Part shown: positions 27,802 through 37,859 of the stretch, one piece after another
How positions within the stretch are numbered: position 1 is the first letter of the stretch
How the letters are laid out: each line of letters starts with the position of its first letter
From: a virus
Virus record (IMG/VR): IMGVR_UViG_3300017782_004332
Span: 1-64,000 of that record
Direction: 5' to 3' (one strand)
Length of the DNA: 64,000 nucleotides
The notes under the pieces: model-generated
The model's input: the letters and a program-made list of their open reading frames with translations, nothing else
Databases searched by the model: none
What the model was told of the DNA's origin: nothing
Translations under genes and position numbers: made by a program

Positions 27802-29050
27802 TAAAAATTACCTCTGTGATTTTTGTGGTAAAAAACGAGATGAAGTACACAAACTTATAGTTGGCAATGGCGCTTCAATTTGTAATGAATGCATTGACCT
27901 TTGCAGTAATATTCTAGCAGAAGAAAAGTCTGTTAGTATTAATAAAGCAAACAAAAACCAAGTTGACTTAACTACTCTTGATCCGCTTACAGTTAAAAAT
28001 ATTCTTGACCAACATGTTATAGGACAAGAAGATGCAAAAATATCTTTAAGTGTAGCAGTAGCACAACACTATAAAAAATTATTCAATCCTAGCACAGATT
28101 TAAAACTAGATAAAACAAATGTAATGTTAATGGGTCCAACTGGGTCAGGCAAGACATTGTTAGCACAAACTATTGCAGACTATCTTGGAGTTCCGTTTGC
28201 TATCTGTGATGCAACAACACTTACAGAAGCAGGATACGTCGGAGACGATGTTGAAAGCATTATAACAAGATTAGTTACTGAGGCCGACGGTAATGTTGAA
28301 CTTGCAGAAAAAGGTATTGTGTTTATTGATGAAATAGATAAAGTTACTAAAAAGCAACAAAACGTGTCAGTTACAAGAGACGTAAGTGGCGAAGGTGTAC
28401 AACAAGGTTTACTTAAAATTATTGAAGGTACCAAAATTAGATTATCCGCGGCAGGTGCAAAACGGAAGAATCCACAAGCAGACGTATTAGATATTGATAC
28501 TAAAAATATGTTGTTTATTGTTGGTGGAGCCTTTATTGGATTAGAAAAAGTTATCGATGATAGATTAAACAAAGGCGGTATTGGATTTGGTGTTGATATT
28601 GTTGACGAAAGTAAAACAGGTGACTTATCATTAGTTGAGCCAGAAGATTTAATCAAATATGGGTTCATTCCAGAGTTTATTGGTCGTTTTGGATTAATTA
28701 CCGACGTAAAAGAGTTGACAGAATCTCAATTAGTTAGTATAATGAAAGAACCTAAAAACGCATTGTATAAACAATACAAATATTTGTTTAAGATTGACAA
28801 TGTAGATTTAGAGATTACTAATGATGCTATGAGTTATATCGCAGAAAAGGCAAAAAAATTGAAGACTAATGCTAGAGGTATAAAAGCAATATTAGAAAAT
28901 ATTTTATTAAAATGGCAGTTTCAATCTACCAGTTTAGTAAAAGACGGCTTAACTGGAATTACAATTAACAAAGAAGCAGTTGATAACCCAGAAAAGGCAA
29001 TAACAGTGTATAATACTAAGAAGAAAGAGGAAAATGGCAAAAAACTTTAA
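27776..29050 (+). CDS. clpX: ATP-dependent Clp protease ATPase ClpX
   Basis: Zn finger CDFC..C..C, GPTGSGKT, IDEIDK, RDVSGEGVQQ, IGF loop. Confidence 0.96.
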   Translation: MSKETTTNNKNYLCDFCGKKRDEVHKLIVGNGASICNECIDLCSNILAEEKSVSINKANKNQVDLTTLDPLTVKNILDQHVIGQEDAKISLSVAVAQHYKKLFNPSTDLKLDKTNVMLMGPTGSGKTLLAQTIADYLGVPFAICDATTLTEAGYVGDDVESIITRLVTEADGNVELAEKGIVFIDEIDKVTKKQQNVSVTRDVSGEGVQQGLLKIIEGTKIRLSAAGAKRKNPQADVLDIDTKNMLFIVGGAFIGLEKVIDDRLNKGGIGFGVDIVDESKTGDLSLVEPEDLIKYGFIPEFIGRFGLITDVKELTESQLVSIMKEPKNALYKQYKYLFKIDNVDLEITNDAMSYIAEKAKKLKTNARGIKAILENILLKWQFQSTSLVKDGLTGITINKEAVDNPEKAITVYNTKKKEENGKKL

Positions 29051-29294
29051 ACCGCGAACAATGGCTAATTCGACAGACGGAATGGGTATGGGTGTAAGAG
29101 TACAAGGTGACTCACCTGCCGATTTTATGAAAGCACTTCGTAAGTTTAAAAGAAAGGTTGCTGATAGTGGAATACTTCAAGATATGAAGGATAAGCAGTA
29201 CTATCAAAAACCATCTGATAAACGTAGAGAGAAAAAGAAGGCGGCACGAATTAGACAATTAAAGGCAATGAAGATACAAGAAAACAAATATTAG
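29034..29294 (+). CDS. rpsU: Ribosomal protein bS21
   Basis: ALRKFKRKV..G...YYQKPSDKRR. Confidence 0.88.
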   Translation: MAKNFKPRTMANSTDGMGMGVRVQGDSPADFMKALRKFKRKVADSGILQDMKDKQYYQKPSDKRREKKKAARIRQLKAMKIQENKY

Positions 29295-29304
29295 AGGCAG
29301 TAAG

Positions 29305-29841
29305 ATGACAACCCATGCGATGATAGACCTTGAAACATTAGGTACTAAACCTAACTGTGTAATACTAACTTTAGGTGCAATTAAATTTAATCCGTTAACA
29401 GCAGATGAACCTAACAACGGAATCTATCAAAAATTTGATATTGATCAACAAGACAAACTAGGTCGCAGTCAAGATGAAAGTACAATTGAATGGTGGGGCA
29501 AACAAGCCAAGAACATTCAAGACGAAGCATTTGGCGAAGACGGCCGTATATCTTTAGAACAGTGTACTAAAGAGTTGAATAAATTTCTCGTCGGAGTTGA
29601 CGTTGTGTGGGCACAGGGACCTGTTTTCGATATTGTTATTTTAGAAAATCTTTACCAACAATTAGGTTTGCCATTGCCATGGAACTTTTGGCAAATAAGG
29701 GATAGTAGAACATTGTTTAGTTTGTTGCCTGAGGATCCACGTAAAGCGATTCGACAAGAGGCACACAACGCACTAGCCGATTGTTATTTTCAAGCCAAGT
29801 GTGTACAGAAAGCATATAGCGATCTTAAGGTAGTAAAATGA
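29305..29841 (+). CDS. DEDDh 3'-5' exonuclease (DexA/Rv2179c-like)
   Basis: MIDLETLG, FDIVIL, RDSRT, HNALADC. Confidence 0.85.
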   Translation: MTTHAMIDLETLGTKPNCVILTLGAIKFNPLTADEPNNGIYQKFDIDQQDKLGRSQDESTIEWWGKQAKNIQDEAFGEDGRISLEQCTKELNKFLVGVDVVWAQGPVFDIVILENLYQQLGLPLPWNFWQIRDSRTLFSLLPEDPRKAIRQEAHNALADCYFQAKCVQKAYSDLKVVK

Positions 29842-30428
29842 TTAGAGAAGATTACTTTGCTACACCAGTATACCAGTTTGATCTAAAATCAGATAATCAA
29901 CCCTTAATAGATTGGGCATACAAAGTAAATGAACAACCTTTAAATTCTAATGGTGGGAAACAAAGTTTCAATACTGCTGACAAAAAGAATGATGCATCAA
30001 TGCAACATACGTTTCCATTACCATTTCAATATTTACAAAACCAAATACAAGACTATATTAATGAAGTTAGTAACGATTTAAATTTTCCTAAATGTGAATT
30101 ACAAAATTATTGGTTGAATGTAAATCCATATGGTGGATCTAATGATGTACATAATCATCCTAATTCTTTGTTGGTTGCAAATTATTATATAAATGCTACA
30201 ACAGATGATATGGGCGATATTGTTATACATAGGCAAGATGATTCACAATATTATACTAGTGCTATACCTAATAAAACAAATATTACACAAAGATCAATAC
30301 ACATTAAACCTTACACAGGATTGTTAGTAGTATTTCCTGGTTGGGTAAAACATTCTGTTACTACTAATTTGAATGAAGAGAATGATAGAATATCACTGTC
30401 AATGAATTACGGAAGGATAAGATTGTGA
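29838..30428 (+). CDS. Putative 2OG-Fe(II) oxygenase (TIGR02466-like)
   Basis: WLNVN, HNHP, FPGWVKHSV, RISLSMN. Confidence 0.82.
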   Translation: MIREDYFATPVYQFDLKSDNQPLIDWAYKVNEQPLNSNGGKQSFNTADKKNDASMQHTFPLPFQYLQNQIQDYINEVSNDLNFPKCELQNYWLNVNPYGGSNDVHNHPNSLLVANYYINATTDDMGDIVIHRQDDSQYYTSAIPNKTNITQRSIHIKPYTGLLVVFPGWVKHSVTTNLNEENDRISLSMNYGRIRL

Positions 30429-31537
30429 GAATCGAACAAGACATTAAACTAGACTACAAAGACGTACTGTTTAAACCAAAGCGTTCTAAATTAGAAAGCA
30501 GACGTGACGTTGACCTAACTCGTACGTTCAAATTCCATCACGGCAACGAATGGACAGGTGTACCAATCATGTCAAGTAACATGGACGGTGTGGGTACATT
30601 TGAGATGGCTAAAGTATTACAAGAACACAAAATGATCACTGTAATGAGAAAGCACTATTCAGTTGATGACTGGAAAGAACAGAGTCAAGGTGTTAAGATG
30701 AAGTACCTTAGTGTTTGTACAGGTACAGGAGTTATTTGGGATAAAGATGCAAAAGACTATGCTACTATGAAAGCAGTATTAGAAATGTATCCAGACATCA
30801 AGTTTATCACAGTTGATGTTGCAAATGCTTATCATGAAAACTATGCAGACTTTATTGCAAGAGTTAGAGATGCATACCCAGACAAAACTATTATTGCAGG
30901 TAACGTTATCTCAGCAGAGATGACAGAAGAACTTATTATCAAAGGTGCTGACATTGTCAAGTGTGGTATTGGTCCAGGATCAGTATGTACTACACGACTA
31001 ATGACAGGTGTTGGTGTACCGCAACTATCAGGCATTATTGAATGTGCTGATGCGGCCAACGGTATTGGTGGACACATTATTGCAGACGGAGGTTGTGTGT
31101 ATCCAGGTGATGTAAGTAAAGCCTTTGGTGCAGGTGCTCACTTTGTTATGCTTGGCGGTATGTTAGCAGGACACAAAGAAGGTGGCGGTAACGTTATTAC
31201 AAAACATACATCAACAGGAGGTGCTCATAAGTTAGACAATGGAACTTATGTTCCGCACTTTGCTGAACAGAGTTTTGTTGAATTCTACGGAATGAGTTCA
31301 GATGCGGCTATGGCAACACATGGTACACGTAAAGATGGATACAGAGGTGCTGAAGGCAAACTTGTTTCTATTCCGTACAAAGGAGAAGTAGAAGGTACAT
31401 TAACAGAAATACTTGGTGGCCTAAGATCTACTTGCACATATATTGGTGCAAAACGCATTAAGGATATGCCAAAGTGTACAACATTTGTAAGATGTACACA
31501 ACAAGTTAACCAAGTATTCAATCAATATAACAGTTAA
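30425..31537 (+). CDS. guaC: GMP reductase
   Basis: MRIEQDIKLDYKDVL, GIGPGSVCTTR, FYGMSS, LRSTCTY. Confidence 0.95.
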   Translation: MRIEQDIKLDYKDVLFKPKRSKLESRRDVDLTRTFKFHHGNEWTGVPIMSSNMDGVGTFEMAKVLQEHKMITVMRKHYSVDDWKEQSQGVKMKYLSVCTGTGVIWDKDAKDYATMKAVLEMYPDIKFITVDVANAYHENYADFIARVRDAYPDKTIIAGNVISAEMTEELIIKGADIVKCGIGPGSVCTTRLMTGVGVPQLSGIIECADAANGIGGHIIADGGCVYPGDVSKAFGAGAHFVMLGGMLAGHKEGGGNVITKHTSTGGAHKLDNGTYVPHFAEQSFVEFYGMSSDAAMATHGTRKDGYRGAEGKLVSIPYKGEVEGTLTEILGGLRSTCTYIGAKRIKDMPKCTTFVRCTQQVNQVFNQYNS

Positions 31538-31550
31538 AGGACACACATAT

Positions 31551-32099
31551 ATGATTAAAGGTTTTAAGATTCCAAAAGTTACATTTAAAGTTAGAACTGG
31601 TGATTCAGTTTTAGATGATGGATGTAGTTTTGAAGAAGGTAACTGGTCTGAAGTAACAACAGACGATTACTTTAAAGGTAAAAGAGTTGTATTATTCAGT
31701 TTGCCGGGTGCATTTACACCAACTTGCACATCAACACAATTACCAAGTTTTGAAGAAAACTACGATAAAATTAAATCAATGGGAATTGATGAGATTTATT
31801 GTTGTTCAGTGAATGACTCATTTGTAATGAATGCATGGGCTGAAATTCTTAAAGTAAAAAATGTAAAAGTTATTCCAGATGGTAGTGGTAACTTTACAAG
31901 ATTTATGGGTATGTTAATTGGAAAAAACCACAGAGGCTTCGGAAACAGAAGTTGGAGATACATGACAGTTATTAATGACGGTGTAGTAGAACAGTGGTGG
32001 CAAGAGCCAGGAATCAATAATGACGGTTCAGATCAAGATCCGTATATTGAAACAACACCCGACAACATGATGACTTACTTACAAACAGCATCTGTTTAA
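31551..32099 (+). CDS. Peroxiredoxin (Prx5 type)
   Basis: LPGAFTPTC, SVNDSFVM, RSWRY. Confidence 0.93.
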   Translation: MIKGFKIPKVTFKVRTGDSVLDDGCSFEEGNWSEVTTDDYFKGKRVVLFSLPGAFTPTCTSTQLPSFEENYDKIKSMGIDEIYCCSVNDSFVMNAWAEILKVKNVKVIPDGSGNFTRFMGMLIGKNHRGFGNRSWRYMTVINDGVVEQWWQEPGINNDGSDQDPYIETTPDNMMTYLQTASV

Positions 32100-32109
32100 T
32101 AGAAATAAG

Positions 32110-32140
32110 AAAAGGGGCAGTTTTCACTGTCCCTTTTTTT
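32110..32140. terminator. Bidirectional terminator
   Basis: aaaaggggcagt-tttc-actgtccctttttt between convergent genes. Confidence 0.8.
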
Positions 32141-32143
32141 GAC

Positions 32144-32335
32144 TTAACGATATAAGTTTTCTGATTGATCAGCAATAACGTGTTTATCGTCATGTTCGAC
32201 ATATCTGTCAAACCATAAACTAAAACCTAGTGCAACAAATCCAATACCAAGTAAAACCCAAAAAAACGGTTCTGTTGTTAACAAATGCCATAGTACTTGC
32301 AATCCGTCCATGTTTGAATAATCTACTTCAGCCAT
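32144..32335 (-). CDS. Small single-TM membrane protein
   Basis: Hydrophobic stretch; coupled to the DUF454 gene. Confidence 0.55.
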   Translation of the reverse strand: MAEVDYSNMDGLQVLWHLLTTEPFFWVLLGIGFVALGFSLWFDRYVEHDDKHVIADQSENLYR

Positions 32336-32742
32336 GCTACTCGTTCGCCTGCTTTGACTCTTCTTGCATGTTCTTCAACTGATCCTGGATATCTCCACGC
32401 CCATATTGCAACACCTAACATAAATGCTCCTGACCATAGGACTGCGTTTACATTACCTGTCGCAAAAAACGTAAATGCCAAAGTTGACGACATTACTATT
32501 ACCATTGCATATTTTCCTTTAGTAGGAAAAACTCTTTTACCTGTCCAGTTAGTTAAAAACTTACCAAACCATGGATGGTTGTATAACCATTTTTCCATCT
32601 TAGGTGAACTCTTTGCAAACGCCCAGGCCGCGATTACTAAGAAGATTGAAAAGGGAATTCCTGGCGTAACAAATCCTATGTAGGCCATACCTACACAGAA
32701 AAAACCAATTGCTTGGTACATATATTTTTTTATTGTATTCAT
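32323..32742 (-). CDS. YbaN/DUF454 inner membrane protein
   Basis: GFVTPGIP..FLVIAAWAFAKSS..WLYNHPWFG. Confidence 0.85.
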   Translation of the reverse strand: MNTIKKYMYQAIGFFCVGMAYIGFVTPGIPFSIFLVIAAWAFAKSSPKMEKWLYNHPWFGKFLTNWTGKRVFPTKGKYAMVIVMSSTLAFTFFATGNVNAVLWSGAFMLGVAIWAWRYPGSVEEHARRVKAGERVAWLK

Positions 32743-33929
32743 AAAATTTTGTGCCTTTCTAACACTACAAGTAATTTATCCACAAGTTCGTCCATCATAG
32801 CGTTAGTGTGATTAGGCGTAGGAGTAAAACGTAGTCTTTCTGTACCTACGTCAACTGTCGGATAGTTAATAGGCTGTACGTATATACCGTCTTTGTACAG
32901 CAAGTCATCGGATATCTGCTTACACTTAACAGCGTCTCCAATCATCACAGGTACTATATGACTAGGATTATCTAGTACAGGAATACCCGCGGATTTAAAT
33001 TTGTCCTTTAATGTAGTTGCTCTATCCATAATTTCATCACGTAGATTTGGATGTTCTTTTACGTATCGAATTGACGCAAGAGCACCTGCACACAATACAG
33101 GACTTAAACTAGTAGTGAATATAAATGCTGGTGCTAATGATCTAATAGCATCTATAAAAGGTGTCTTAGACGCAATATAACCGCCCTGTACACCGAATGC
33201 TTTCGCTAGGGTGCCGTTTACTATATCAACATCTATGTTGTCTCGTTCAGTAACACCCCCGCCATTTTTACCATATAACCCAACTCCATGAACTTCGTCC
33301 AAATAGGTCAATGCATCATACTTCTTACACAGTTTTACAATTTCTTTAATAGGACTTATATCACCATCCATGCTATAAACAGATTCGAACACAACCATTT
33401 TGGTTCCTTTTATCTGTTTTAGTTTTAATTCTAATTCTTGTAAATCATTATGCGACCAAATTACTTTGTTAGCACGACTATGTCTAATACCTTGTATAAT
33501 ACTAGAATGATTTTTACTATCACTAATAAATGTAATATCAGGAATAATTTTAGCAATAGTTTCTAATGTAGTTTCGTTGGCATTGAAAGCACTTGTAAAA
33601 AGTAATGCACTTTCTTTTTTATGCAACTTTGCTATCTCGGCTTCTAATGCTACATGGTAATGAGTTGTCCCAGATATGTTTCTAGTTCCACCACTACCTG
33701 CACCTGCTGTGTCTAATGCTGTTCTCATAGCATCTAAAACAAACTGATGCTGACCCATACCTAAGTAATCGTTCGAACACCAATTTACTATTTTTTTAAT
33801 TGCATATTTTGAATACCAAATAGCATTAGGAAAGTCACCGCAGTCACGCAGGATATCATTAAACACCCTATACTTTCCATCAGATTTAAGTTGATCTATA
33901 ACTTCTTCGAATTTTTTAATATTAATCAT
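32739..33929 (-). CDS. hemA: 5-aminolevulinate synthase (Shemin pathway)
   Basis: WCSNDYLGM, GSGGTRNISGT, LDEVHGVGLYG, GTLAKAFG (PLP Lys), INYPTV. Confidence 0.95.
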   Translation of the reverse strand: MINIKKFEEVIDQLKSDGKYRVFNDILRDCGDFPNAIWYSKYAIKKIVNWCSNDYLGMGQHQFVLDAMRTALDTAGAGSGGTRNISGTTHYHVALEAEIAKLHKKESALLFTSAFNANETTLETIAKIIPDITFISDSKNHSSIIQGIRHSRANKVIWSHNDLQELELKLKQIKGTKMVVFESVYSMDGDISPIKEIVKLCKKYDALTYLDEVHGVGLYGKNGGGVTERDNIDVDIVNGTLAKAFGVQGGYIASKTPFIDAIRSLAPAFIFTTSLSPVLCAGALASIRYVKEHPNLRDEIMDRATTLKDKFKSAGIPVLDNPSHIVPVMIGDAVKCKQISDDLLYKDGIYVQPINYPTVDVGTERLRFTPTPNHTNAMMDELVDKLLVVLERHKIL

Positions 33930-34055
33930 GTTATTCCAATAATATGCGTATATTATATTTAGTATAGTTTTGGAAGAAAAAACTTCAAATTGCTCTTGTA
34001 ATTTTAAAAAAAAGTATTATATTATATATGTACAGTAGAAATGCTGTATAAATAA

Positions 34056-34118
34056 ATGTGTAGGTTGCTTGATAGGACCTGCATATAATAACTTGCTTAA
34101 TAAAGGAGAAAAACAATG
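34056..34118 (+). promoter_or_regulatory. ROSE-like RNA thermometer leader of hsp20
   Basis: CTTGCTT-aata-AAGGAG sequesters the SD with a bulged G; the upstream hairpin carries a second TTGCT/AGGA pairing. Confidence 0.7.
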
Positions 34119-34562
34119 ACAAACAAAACCCTATCAATTTTTAATCAACTAAGACCCGTAACTGTAGGATTCGATCCTGTATTTGATCGTTTTGAACGAA
34201 TGTTCAATGACGATTTCTTTAACGGTCCAAGCAACACAGGATATCCGCCTTACAATATTGTAAGAACAGGTGACTACACCTATGATATCGAAGTTGCGTT
34301 AGCAGGCTTCAGCAAAGAAGATATTGATGTATCATACGAAGATGGTGTGGTATCTATCAAATCTGTTCATGAAGCAAAGGACAAAGAAGAAAAAGAAGGT
34401 ACTATATACAAAGGAATTAGTAAAAGATCGTTTACTAAAGCGTTTCAAATTTCTGATGATGTAGAAGTTAAAGGTGCCGAGTTGAAAGATGGCTTGCTTA
34501 GAATCTGTTTGGAAAGAATTATTCCAGAGAGTAAAAAACCAAGAACTATCGAAATTAAGTAA
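34116..34562 (+). CDS. Small heat shock protein Hsp20 (IbpA-like)
   Basis: YPPYNI, VALAGF, KGISKRSF, LKDGLL. Confidence 0.95.
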   Translation: MTNKTLSIFNQLRPVTVGFDPVFDRFERMFNDDFFNGPSNTGYPPYNIVRTGDYTYDIEVALAGFSKEDIDVSYEDGVVSIKSVHEAKDKEEKEGTIYKGISKRSFTKAFQISDDVEVKGAELKDGLLRICLERIIPESKKPRTIEIK

Positions 34563-34569
34563 AACATTT

Positions 34570-34600
34570 ATTGGGGGATAGTTTGGTGCTTTCCCCCAAT
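34570..34600 (+). terminator. Hairpin/terminator after hsp20
   Basis: attggggga...tcccccaat. Confidence 0.6.
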
Positions 34601-34665
34601 ATTACCTATTGCATTATTTTTATAAAGGTGCTATAATACTTAAATACTATTGAGAGGAATATATA

Positions 34666-34974
34666 ATGACACAAGAATCTACAGCAACAGTAACTAAAGA
34701 AAAAATTGCTGATAAAATTAACGAGCCTGGTTTATATAAGGTTGTATTTTTTAACGACGATTTAACTCCTATGGACTTTGTTGTACAAGTGTTAATGACA
34801 ATCTTTAAGCATTCAGAATCAACCGCAAATAAAATTACACAAGAAGTTCATTCTAAAGGTGAAGGCATTGCCGGTATATTCACATACGAGATTGCTGAAC
34901 AGAAGGGTGTAGAAACTACTGTCCTAGCAAGAGAACAAGGATTTCCGCTCGCAATTAAGGTCGAGCCTGAATAA
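34666..34974 (+). CDS. clpS: Clp protease adaptor ClpS
   Basis: YKVVFFNDDLTPMDFV, VHSKG, EIAEQK, FPL. Confidence 0.93.
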   Translation: MTQESTATVTKEKIADKINEPGLYKVVFFNDDLTPMDFVVQVLMTIFKHSESTANKITQEVHSKGEGIAGIFTYEIAEQKGVETTVLAREQGFPLAIKVEPE

Positions 34975-34991
34975 TAAGTTTAAATAGTAGT

Positions 34992-35534
34992 ATGACTACT
35001 ATAAAAGAACTAACTTGGGAACATCACAAAAACGCTGAGCGTCAACAATTTGTAAAAGTTCTAATGAGCGGATCGATTGATCCTAAACTCTATGCAACTT
35101 TCCTTTTTAATCAACATCCATGCTATAACATACTAGAAGCGATTGCTACTGGTCACGGGTTACTTGATGGAATATTCGAAGTAAAACGTGCAACTAAAAT
35201 TCATGAAGACTTTTTAGAACTATGGCCGGACGAATCTAAACCTAAATTACTTAAATGTACAGATGAATACATGGAACACATTAAAAGTATCATGGATGAT
35301 CAAGATAAAATTATGGCACATGTATATGTGAGACATATGGGCGATCTAAGTGGCGGACAGATGATTCGTAAAAAGATTCCTGGCAAAGGTACTATGTACG
35401 ACTTTGATGGTGATATTCCAACAATGAAAGATAAAATTAGAGCAAAGTTAAATGATAGTATGGCCGAAGAAGCCAAGTTATGTTTTGAATTTGCAACTAA
35501 CACATTTAAAGAACTAATGGAGATTGAAATTTAA
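34992..35534 (+). CDS. Heme oxygenase (HemO-like)
   Basis: EHHKNAE proximal His; HVYVRHMGDLSGGQ. Confidence 0.92.
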   Translation: MTTIKELTWEHHKNAERQQFVKVLMSGSIDPKLYATFLFNQHPCYNILEAIATGHGLLDGIFEVKRATKIHEDFLELWPDESKPKLLKCTDEYMEHIKSIMDDQDKIMAHVYVRHMGDLSGGQMIRKKIPGKGTMYDFDGDIPTMKDKIRAKLNDSMAEEAKLCFEFATNTFKELMEIEI

Positions 35535-36231
35535 AATGAGTGCTATCTGGGATAAATTGATTTCATGCAAAGATGAAATTATTGATATATTTGATGAACA
35601 TTGCGGCGAAGTTGAAGAACCCGGAATGCAACAATTTAATCAACCTGAAAATGGTTGGATTAATAGAGTGTGGTCGAACACTGATATACGTAGAGCACAT
35701 ATCGATGTTGTTGATGCTAGAGATACAAAAGGCCTATGGATGATGCATGTTTGTTGTTTTCCAGTGTTTAACAATGACGGACCTATATATGGATTTGATG
35801 TGATTGCTGGTAAAAATAAAATGACCGGAGCATTTCATGATTTTAGTGCAAGTAGTGGTGGTGAAGATCATCCTCTAGTAGATTGGTATCAAGATGCTGT
35901 GAAAGATTTTATTCCGAGTAAACGCCGCGAATTGCCTGAGTGGGCTCAGAATATTTTTAGTCCAAGTATGATTGCCGCAGGTAATGTTAGTAGCGAAGAA
36001 GAAGCGTCTGCTATTATTGAACTTGCTACAAACAATTTAAGAGTATACTTTGAAAGTATCAGTGATTACACAGGGCAAGGTATGGTTGATATTACTAAAG
36101 GCGCACAAAACTATTATTGTCATAACCAGCAACAGAACCCACATACACCACGTACTATGAAGTCGTTAGGACTTAACGAGCAAGATGTTATAACATTTTG
36201 CACAGATGCATTGTTTCCTAAAGTGGACTAA
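35524..36231 (+). CDS. Ferredoxin-dependent bilin reductase (PcyA/PcyX-like)
   Basis: RRAHI, MMHV, PIYGFDVIAG, AFHDFS, RELPEWA, QQQNPHT. Confidence 0.88.
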   Translation: MKFKMSAIWDKLISCKDEIIDIFDEHCGEVEEPGMQQFNQPENGWINRVWSNTDIRRAHIDVVDARDTKGLWMMHVCCFPVFNNDGPIYGFDVIAGKNKMTGAFHDFSASSGGEDHPLVDWYQDAVKDFIPSKRRELPEWAQNIFSPSMIAAGNVSSEEEASAIIELATNNLRVYFESISDYTGQGMVDITKGAQNYYCHNQQQNPHTPRTMKSLGLNEQDVITFCTDALFPKVD

Positions 36232-36239
36232 ATACTGTC

Positions 36240-37778
36240 ATGAGAGCATTAGAATTCACACGATTACTTGAAGAGCCTATGGCTCCTGGAGACATGGAAC
36301 GAGTAAGAAGCAGTAAGCCAGTCGATCCTAAACTTGACCAAGCACTGTCTGACGTACAAACTGCTATTGAAAACGATCCTAGTCTTTTACAAAAATTCAA
36401 ACAAATTGTTATTAATACTAAACAAAAAGCACAACAATTATTAAAAAATAGTAATCAAGGCGATCCTAATACTAAAACTGAAATTGAATCAGTCGAAGTT
36501 ATTGAAGACGCTCAGGCACATACAGCCGCTAGTGATTATAGTGATGCTATAAAAGGTATCATAGCCACTCTAGCAAATCAAGGTCAACCTACACAAAACC
36601 TTCAGGACGAATTACTAAAGCAGATCAATGCACTTGTACAATCAGAAAAAGCAATTTCTTTTCAGCAAGGCGACGAACAAGGCGAAGCAAGAGGCAAAGC
36701 AAACTCAGATAAAGTTTTAAAACAATTAAGTAGTGAGATTAGATTACTTGCACAAAAAGTATCAGGTTTTGTAGATTTAGATCCAACAGTAAAGTATAAC
36801 AGTAAAGATAAAAAGAAACATGCAAATGCACAAAAAGCCACAGAAGAATTAGGAAGTGGATTGTATCAATTGTTTTTTAATAAAGTGTTTTTGCAGAATG
36901 AACTAACTGAACAAGAAGTAGTAAATTTTGTCAAAGATTGTGTTGCTGGTAACGTTTTAGATATGCCTAAAATGATTAATTCAAAAAATGGAGTTATTGA
37001 TAACTTTGTTAAAATGCACAAAAAAGTATACGATTCTGTAGTAGAAGATTTAGTTAATTTTAAAGGTGCTGGTACAACTGGCGGTGCATTAGGACCTGCA
37101 GAAATATTATTAAGTGCTATCGGTTCTCCAGTTGAAACAGGTACTGGAGGCGTAAAAGGTGACCTTGCTGTAAAAATGCCCGACGGAACTATTTTGGGTG
37201 TTGAAGTAAAAGCAGGTAACGAAAGCAAAGGCTCAGGTGCTAGATTAAATGGTACAGAAGTCAATGATGGTAAAGGTGCATTAAGTCACTTTAAAAAATT
37301 ATACAAAGATCTAGGATTAGAAGTAAGTTCTTATTCTATTAGTCCTAAGTTTTTAATACCACTTAACCAGCAATTATCCAAATTTGATAATACAAAATTA
37401 AATCAATATGTTGTAGGAGTGTTGAACGCATTAGTTAATAACTACGACGAAGTGTTAAAATTCAAAGACAACAAAACAGATGCTGGCCAAAAAATAAAAG
37501 AATTAATTGATAATACAATTCAACCAGGAAATGAAAATGGTCCAATTGTATTTGAAGCATTTAGAGATCTAATAACATATGTTCAACTAGTAAGTTACAA
37601 GATATCAGACGGTGTTGCAACTATTATGACTGTTGATACTTTACATCGTTCGTTTAGTATTACAGATAGTCCAGAAGAATTTATAGATCAAATTGGTAAA
37701 AGACATGTAGTTGCAAAAAACCTTTCTATTACACCAGATCCACAAACGGCATCATTTCATTTTAGATCATCCAAATAA
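36240..37778 (+). CDS. Putative virion-associated protein with PD-(D/E)XK-like motif
   Basis: GPAEILL..KGDL...VEVKAG; MRALEF N-terminus. Confidence 0.5.
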   Translation: MRALEFTRLLEEPMAPGDMERVRSSKPVDPKLDQALSDVQTAIENDPSLLQKFKQIVINTKQKAQQLLKNSNQGDPNTKTEIESVEVIEDAQAHTAASDYSDAIKGIIATLANQGQPTQNLQDELLKQINALVQSEKAISFQQGDEQGEARGKANSDKVLKQLSSEIRLLAQKVSGFVDLDPTVKYNSKDKKKHANAQKATEELGSGLYQLFFNKVFLQNELTEQEVVNFVKDCVAGNVLDMPKMINSKNGVIDNFVKMHKKVYDSVVEDLVNFKGAGTTGGALGPAEILLSAIGSPVETGTGGVKGDLAVKMPDGTILGVEVKAGNESKGSGARLNGTEVNDGKGALSHFKKLYKDLGLEVSSYSISPKFLIPLNQQLSKFDNTKLNQYVVGVLNALVNNYDEVLKFKDNKTDAGQKIKELIDNTIQPGNENGPIVFEAFRDLITYVQLVSYKISDGVATIMTVDTLHRSFSITDSPEEFIDQIGKRHVVAKNLSITPDPQTASFHFRSSK

Positions 37779-37859
37779 AAGGTTGACTTTTACATTTAAT
37801 TTCCATATAATATATACATATTGCGGAGTACCAGTCCGGTGCCACGAATAGGAGACAAA

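Noticed and set aside
33980-34030. Sigma32 promoter or CIRCE element before hsp20/groES
   Set aside because: Only a weak CTTGTAA; no CCCCAT-type -10 box and no CIRCE inverted repeat seen.
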